In this document: piece by piece, positions 59,193 to 63,122 of the stretch
How the letters are laid out: each line of letters opens with the position of its first letter
Position numbering within the stretch: the first letter of the stretch is position 1
Assembly: GCA_018238545.1 (NCBI GenBank)
Contig: JABCTC010000021.1
Span: 1-63,122 of the forward strand
DNA length: 63,122 nt
Direction of reading: 5' to 3'
Origin: Candidatus Heimdallarchaeota archaeon
GTDB taxonomy: Archaea > Asgardarchaeota > Heimdallarchaeia > Heimdallarchaeales > Heimdallarchaeaceae
Translations under genes and position numbers: made by a program
The notes under the pieces: model-generated
What the model was told of the DNA's origin: nothing
Seen by the model: only the letters and a program-made list of their open reading frames with translations
Database searches by the model: none

Positions 59193-61730
59193 TTATAAGT
59201 TTGATTTTCCACAATTGGTGCAAATTTCTTTATTGTCATTTTCGAGTATTGAAAACTCTGCATCACAAAAACAACAAACAATCTTTTTGCTAGTTTTATG
59301 TACATTTGAAAATTGTTTATCAGTTCCATGTTTTGAGGTACTAACTTCAGAGTGTTCATTTGATTCTAATTCGTCTTCTTTTGCATTTAATTTGTTCGTA
59401 TTAAGTGTTATATATGTAGAATTCGAGAGTTTAGCGTTTTCATTACTTATTCTTACAAAGATGATGAATACAAAGAATACTAGAAATAGAATTATGAAGT
59501 TTGAAACTACCCACAATGTTCCATTTGCTTGAATGTTTTTTCCAATGAAATATTGTGTCAATATCCCAGTAGTAGGAATTACAACAATTAACAGAAAACA
59601 CGCATACTTTCCTATATTTGCTATGAACTTGTAATATATTGAGGTAGAACTGTTAATTAGAACTACAAAAACCAATAATACTGAAGCAAAGTTGCTAATT
59701 ACATAGATGTTGAAGGATATATTTCCTAGATAAGCTAATTCCAAAGATTCTGTGTTTTGTATTGTTATTGTATCAAAGATTTCAAACAATGTATTGAATA
59801 CAAAATATTTCGAAATAATGAATATCATCGAGAGAGTTATCAGAGAATACCTTTGTAATTTATCTATGCTTATCCCAAAGAAACTCTCAACTTGCACGAT
59901 ATCATTTTCTACTTTGACCGTGTAAGCATCATTTCTTGCTTTCATTTTCTTCTTATTTCTAGTATAAATCTGAAAATGTCTTATGAAACCTATAAGGGTA
60001 ATAGCATCTAGCCAAGCAAATACACTCATAACAGCTTTCTTTGATATAACATTTAAGCTAACATCTTCATCGGTAATAGAAGGAATGTCAGGTGGGCCAA
60101 TAATGAGACTCTCTGCCTTTGTGCTATTCAAATCATATTTAGCTCGTTTTACAGTAATAAACAGATCATCACTATATACGGTCAGAGTTAGTTCGCTCTT
60201 ATAATATCCTCTTGGTAAATACATTGCTTCTTCTTCGTTGAATATAGTCTGATAAGCAATTTTCTCCTCAAAGACTTGATACATATTACCGAACTTGAAC
60301 TCTATTTCAACTAGTTCCAACGCTTCTTCATCTTCATTTGCCAGTTCTACAAACAAAGATACATTACAATTCAAATAATATGAATCGATGTAAAAAACAT
60401 CAAAATAAGTAAGCGTAAGAACACCTTCAGAAGGAATAGAGTAGGTTGTTTCATCTGCAAATACCCTCTCAATACTCTGATTCTCAGATAAGTGAAGTAT
60501 TGTATCTATCTCTATTGTACAAGCATCTAGTAGGTAAAAGATGCTTATGTCATCAGTTTCTCCTTCTACTAAAAAAGTTAGAGTATCGCTATATGTTGTT
60601 GTGTAAGTTGTAAGTTCGAGAAGCTGATTAGTTGCAGTAAAAGTAGTTGTATCTATCTCTCCTGAAGAGATTTTCTTCTGACCAGAATACAGTTCGTAGT
60701 TTATTGGAGAACTAAATAATCCATAGTAGCCATAACAAAGGCTGATATCCAGTATCTGTTCTTGTTCAGTATTAAAGGGCTTGAAGCTAGATAAATCAAA
60801 GACATGGTCTAGGATTTGATTTTCGGAAACACAGAAATCATAGGTATTTTCTGGCAAGAGACTATCATAACTAAAACTACAGGCCATTATCTCTATTTCT
60901 GAGATCCTAATGATATCCATACACAGATTTACAAAGAAATCTATGTCAATAATGTTTAACCCTTCACTAACAGGAATGATGAAGGATTTTACAGTGGTTT
61001 CTTCAGGAGAAAAGTCCTCTGAAAGTATGAGAATATTGTTTCTTCTGATCTCAAAATATAGTTCATAAGCTGAAAAGTCATTGGTAATAAAAGAAAAAGT
61101 AAGATTAATTTTCTCTACATCAGCTGAACAGTAAAAAGCTGTATCAACACTTCTTTTTTCTATAATAGCTATGCTACCACGGAAATCCAACCAGCTGGGA
61201 ATAGAAGGGAGAAAGGAAAGTGTATCACTTAGATGAGGAATCTCTATAGGAGATATTGAGGTAGAACTATATATGGTAAAACTACCAGTTTGAAGATAGG
61301 AAGAAGTTTGTCCTTCACAGATTATTGTAAGATTAAGAGGTCCAGAATATGTGTCTGAGCAAGTAAATGCTTGAGAAAGATTGTAAAGAGAGCCATCTTG
61401 AAATAACCGTTCAATTATGAATTCAACTTCAAAAAAGTCTGAAATAAAGGAAACGCTAACTCCATCACCGCTTGTCATATAACCAGAGGTATCAAAAAAG
61501 AGAGTGACGGAATTCAAGATATTAAGTTCTAAGTTTGGAAGAAATATGTTAAATTCTTGTGTGTGAGGTGTGGAAGTATAATTGAAAATGATAGGTTGAG
61601 ATATAATAGAGGAATATTCTGGATGTTTATAATCAAGCACAGTTGAACCGTTCCCCACAAGAGAAATAGCAGATAAAGCAATTAACGTTATCTGAATGAT
61701 TAATATCGCTTTTAGCTTCTTAATTTTCAA
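59193..61730 (-). CDS. large surface protein: signal peptide, beta-rich ectodomain, ~5 TM, C-terminal zinc ribbon
   Basis: KIKKLK plus a hydrophobic signal after TTG 61730; sequons; C-terminal CCFC..CTNC. Confidence 0.75.
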   Translation of the reverse strand: MKIKKLKAILIIQITLIALSAISLVGNGSTVLDYKHPEYSSIISQPIIFNYTSTPHTQEFNIFLPNLELNILNSVTLFFDTSGYMTSGDGVSVSFISDFFEVEFIIERLFQDGSLYNLSQAFTCSDTYSGPLNLTIICEGQTSSYLQTGSFTIYSSTSISPIEIPHLSDTLSFLPSIPSWLDFRGSIAIIEKRSVDTAFYCSADVEKINLTFSFITNDFSAYELYFEIRRNNILILSEDFSPEETTVKSFIIPVSEGLNIIDIDFFVNLCMDIIRISEIEIMACSFSYDSLLPENTYDFCVSENQILDHVFDLSSFKPFNTEQEQILDISLCYGYYGLFSSPINYELYSGQKKISSGEIDTTTFTATNQLLELTTYTTTYSDTLTFLVEGETDDISIFYLLDACTIEIDTILHLSENQSIERVFADETTYSIPSEGVLTLTYFDVFYIDSYYLNCNVSLFVELANEDEEALELVEIEFKFGNMYQVFEEKIAYQTIFNEEEAMYLPRGYYKSELTLTVYSDDLFITVKRAKYDLNSTKAESLIIGPPDIPSITDEDVSLNVISKKAVMSVFAWLDAITLIGFIRHFQIYTRNKKKMKARNDAYTVKVENDIVQVESFFGISIDKLQRYSLITLSMIFIISKYFVFNTLFEIFDTITIQNTESLELAYLGNISFNIYVISNFASVLLVFVVLINSSTSIYYKFIANIGKYACFLLIVVIPTTGILTQYFIGKNIQANGTLWVVSNFIILFLVFFVFIIFVRISNENAKLSNSTYITLNTNKLNAKEDELESNEHSEVSTSKHGTDKQFSNVHKTSKKIVCCFCDAEFSILENDNKEICTNCGKSNL

Positions 61731-61857
61731 TCTATCTAGATATCCGCAAATTCGTTTATAAACGAGGATAAAATGATGCTTACAGAAGAAATTCTTTGAA
61801 TTTGCTACTTTTTCTTTTACTTTTGCTGGGTTTAAATAGATTCTTGGATAACAATTT

Positions 61858-62040
61858 ATGAATAAAATGTTAATATGGTATTGGCTCAAATCATTGAAAC
61901 TTAAGAAAAAAAGAGGAAGCCCCATCTTAGAAGAGATTTTGCTTATTGGTATAGCTGTTTTTATTTTTGCTATTATTTTTGGAGTTATTATTAGTTTGAT
62001 AGATTGGACACAGCTTTCTATTGAAGATCTTTTTGCCTAA
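61858..62040 (+). CDS. small type IV pilin/Flp-like protein with a class III signal peptide
   Basis: KKKRG|SPILEE (Glu at +5) followed by a ~20-aa hydrophobic helix; ~40-aa mature peptide. Confidence 0.65.
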   Translation: MNKMLIWYWLKSLKLKKKRGSPILEEILLIGIAVFIFAIIFGVIISLIDWTQLSIEDLFA

Positions 62041-62115
62041 TAATAAGCAAATTAGAGTGGAATTTCATTTAGGAGAAATTAATGTGCTTTTATATTGTAA
62101 TATCTTTCTTATATC

Positions 62116-62174
62116 GGAGCTAGCAAAACAAAAACCACATAATTCTCAAATATGTAATTTTTCTTGTTAGCTCC
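62116..62174. other. long imperfect inverted repeat/hairpin
   Basis: GGAGCTAGCAA..AAAAA..ACAT pairs with ATGT..TTTTT..TTGTTAGCTCC. Confidence 0.7.
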
Positions 62175-62250
62175 TTATCTCCATCTTCTTAGCAAGTTAA
62201 TACTTTCTTTTTATACGCGTTTATATACGAAATTAAAGATAATAAGGTGA

Positions 62251-63122
62251 ATGTCTTCCGTTTCTTCTCAAGTACTGAAACAACAAAATCTAGTTGTGCG
62301 CACCTATCAGATGGGCATCAGGTTTCCAGGAACGAGAGAGGAACGAAGAGCATTAGAACGAGAAGCTAACCAACGGATCAAAGGATTACAAGTTCAACAA
62401 GAAGACATAATCAGAGACAAGGTAGCTGTTCAAGCAGCTTTGAATCTTGCTAGAGCAGATTACCGCAAAAACCCTAAATTTGCCACTGGAGAGATATCTA
62501 AAGTTACCAAGAATTCAAGAAACATAACTAAAAGTGCTTACAATCTTCTTTTCACTGCAGCTAAAATAACAGTAGATCAAGAGAGAAAAGCAGCTGATTT
62601 CCTTAACATGTTGTTGAATATGCCTGAACGCGCCATTGAATGGTTTGTTTTTGGACGTAGTCCTATCTTAGAGAATTATATTGTTAAGAAATGGGAAGTT
62701 TCACGCATCTATGTAATCAATTTCATTCATGGATTAAGAAGACGATTTGACAAAATCTGTCCTCTAGGTTTGAAATTTAACACTCACTTACCTCTTCTAT
62801 CACAAGAGGAAGTAGAAAAATCGATTGGTATTTGTTTCAAGAAGAAGTGTAGGGATTTAACAACGCCTGAATTACTGACGAAAACAGAAAATTTTGTTAA
62901 AATCCTTCGTCTATTACAAATGAATACTAGTGTTATCGCCCCTTTTCTAACTTCGTGGATAAATACCACTCACCCTTCTCGATGGAAGAGTATGAAAAAA
63001 TTACATGAAGAAATCTCAAAAGCTTTGGGTAATAAAAACAGAAGTCTATTTTCTGCATTAAGAACGTTTGTAGTCTTCGCACTCTTTCCAGATATAGGAA
63101 AGACTGTTCATGATTTGATAAA
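62251..63122 (+). CDS. 3'-truncated ORF (>=290 aa, basic), N-terminus reminiscent of TnpB/Cas12-family proteins
   Basis: ATG 62251 after AGGTGA; no stop to the window end; begins ..LVVRTYQMGIRFPGT, then a long helical region. Confidence 0.7.
   Translation, partial: MSSVSSQVLKQQNLVVRTYQMGIRFPGTREERRALEREANQRIKGLQVQQEDIIRDKVAVQAALNLARADYRKNPKFATGEISKVTKNSRNITKSAYNLLFTAAKITVDQERKAADFLNMLLNMPERAIEWFVFGRSPILENYIVKKWEVSRIYVINFIHGLRRRFDKICPLGLKFNTHLPLLSQEEVEKSIGICFKKKCRDLTTPELLTKTENFVKILRLLQMNTSVIAPFLTSWINTTHPSRWKSMKKLHEEISKALGNKNRSLFSALRTFVVFALFPDIGKTVHDLI

Noticed and set aside
62784-62969. 61-aa minus-strand ORF
   Set aside because: Antisense shadow of the long open plus-strand frame from 62251

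Overview
AT-rich archaeal chromosomal segment, most likely from an Asgard archaeon, possibly Heimdallarchaeia-like. This is inferred from archaeal information-processing genes (spt5, secE, rpl11, Lsm-rpl37e, nep1, rnp4, ZPR1, dtdA) occurring together with roadblock, longin/uDENN-like and SNAP/Ig/coiled-coil proteins and GGTGA Shine-Dalgarno motifs. Metabolic content includes an NuoE/NuoF/FdhA formate dehydrogenase plus MobA, form III RuBisCO with R15P isomerase, an AcnX phosphomevalonate dehydratase pair, ADP-forming acetate-CoA ligase, LipB/LipA, ArgF and a bacterial-type PlsY. I read eight complete tRNA genes. Four of them carry five introns in total: two mutually homologous T-loop introns, a double-intron tRNA(CAT) and a palindrome-containing tRNA-Glu intron. 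Features missed by the ORF track are: a well-formed C/D-box guide sRNA (31170-31238) whose D' guide resembles that of eukaryotic snR38/SNORD1; a 34-aa sORF with four palindromic operators upstream of an MFS gene; rpl37e; a poly-Ile mini-ORF created by a (TAA)23 microsatellite; and an open 290+-aa ORF at the right edge with a TnpB/Cas12-like N-terminus preceded by a long hairpin. A tRNA-Cys 3'-half at 57190-57235 marks a probable integration (att) boundary of an accessory region that encodes a HEPN-motif protein. No CRISPR array or rRNA was found. All protein assignments come from motif recognition by eye; no searches were run.
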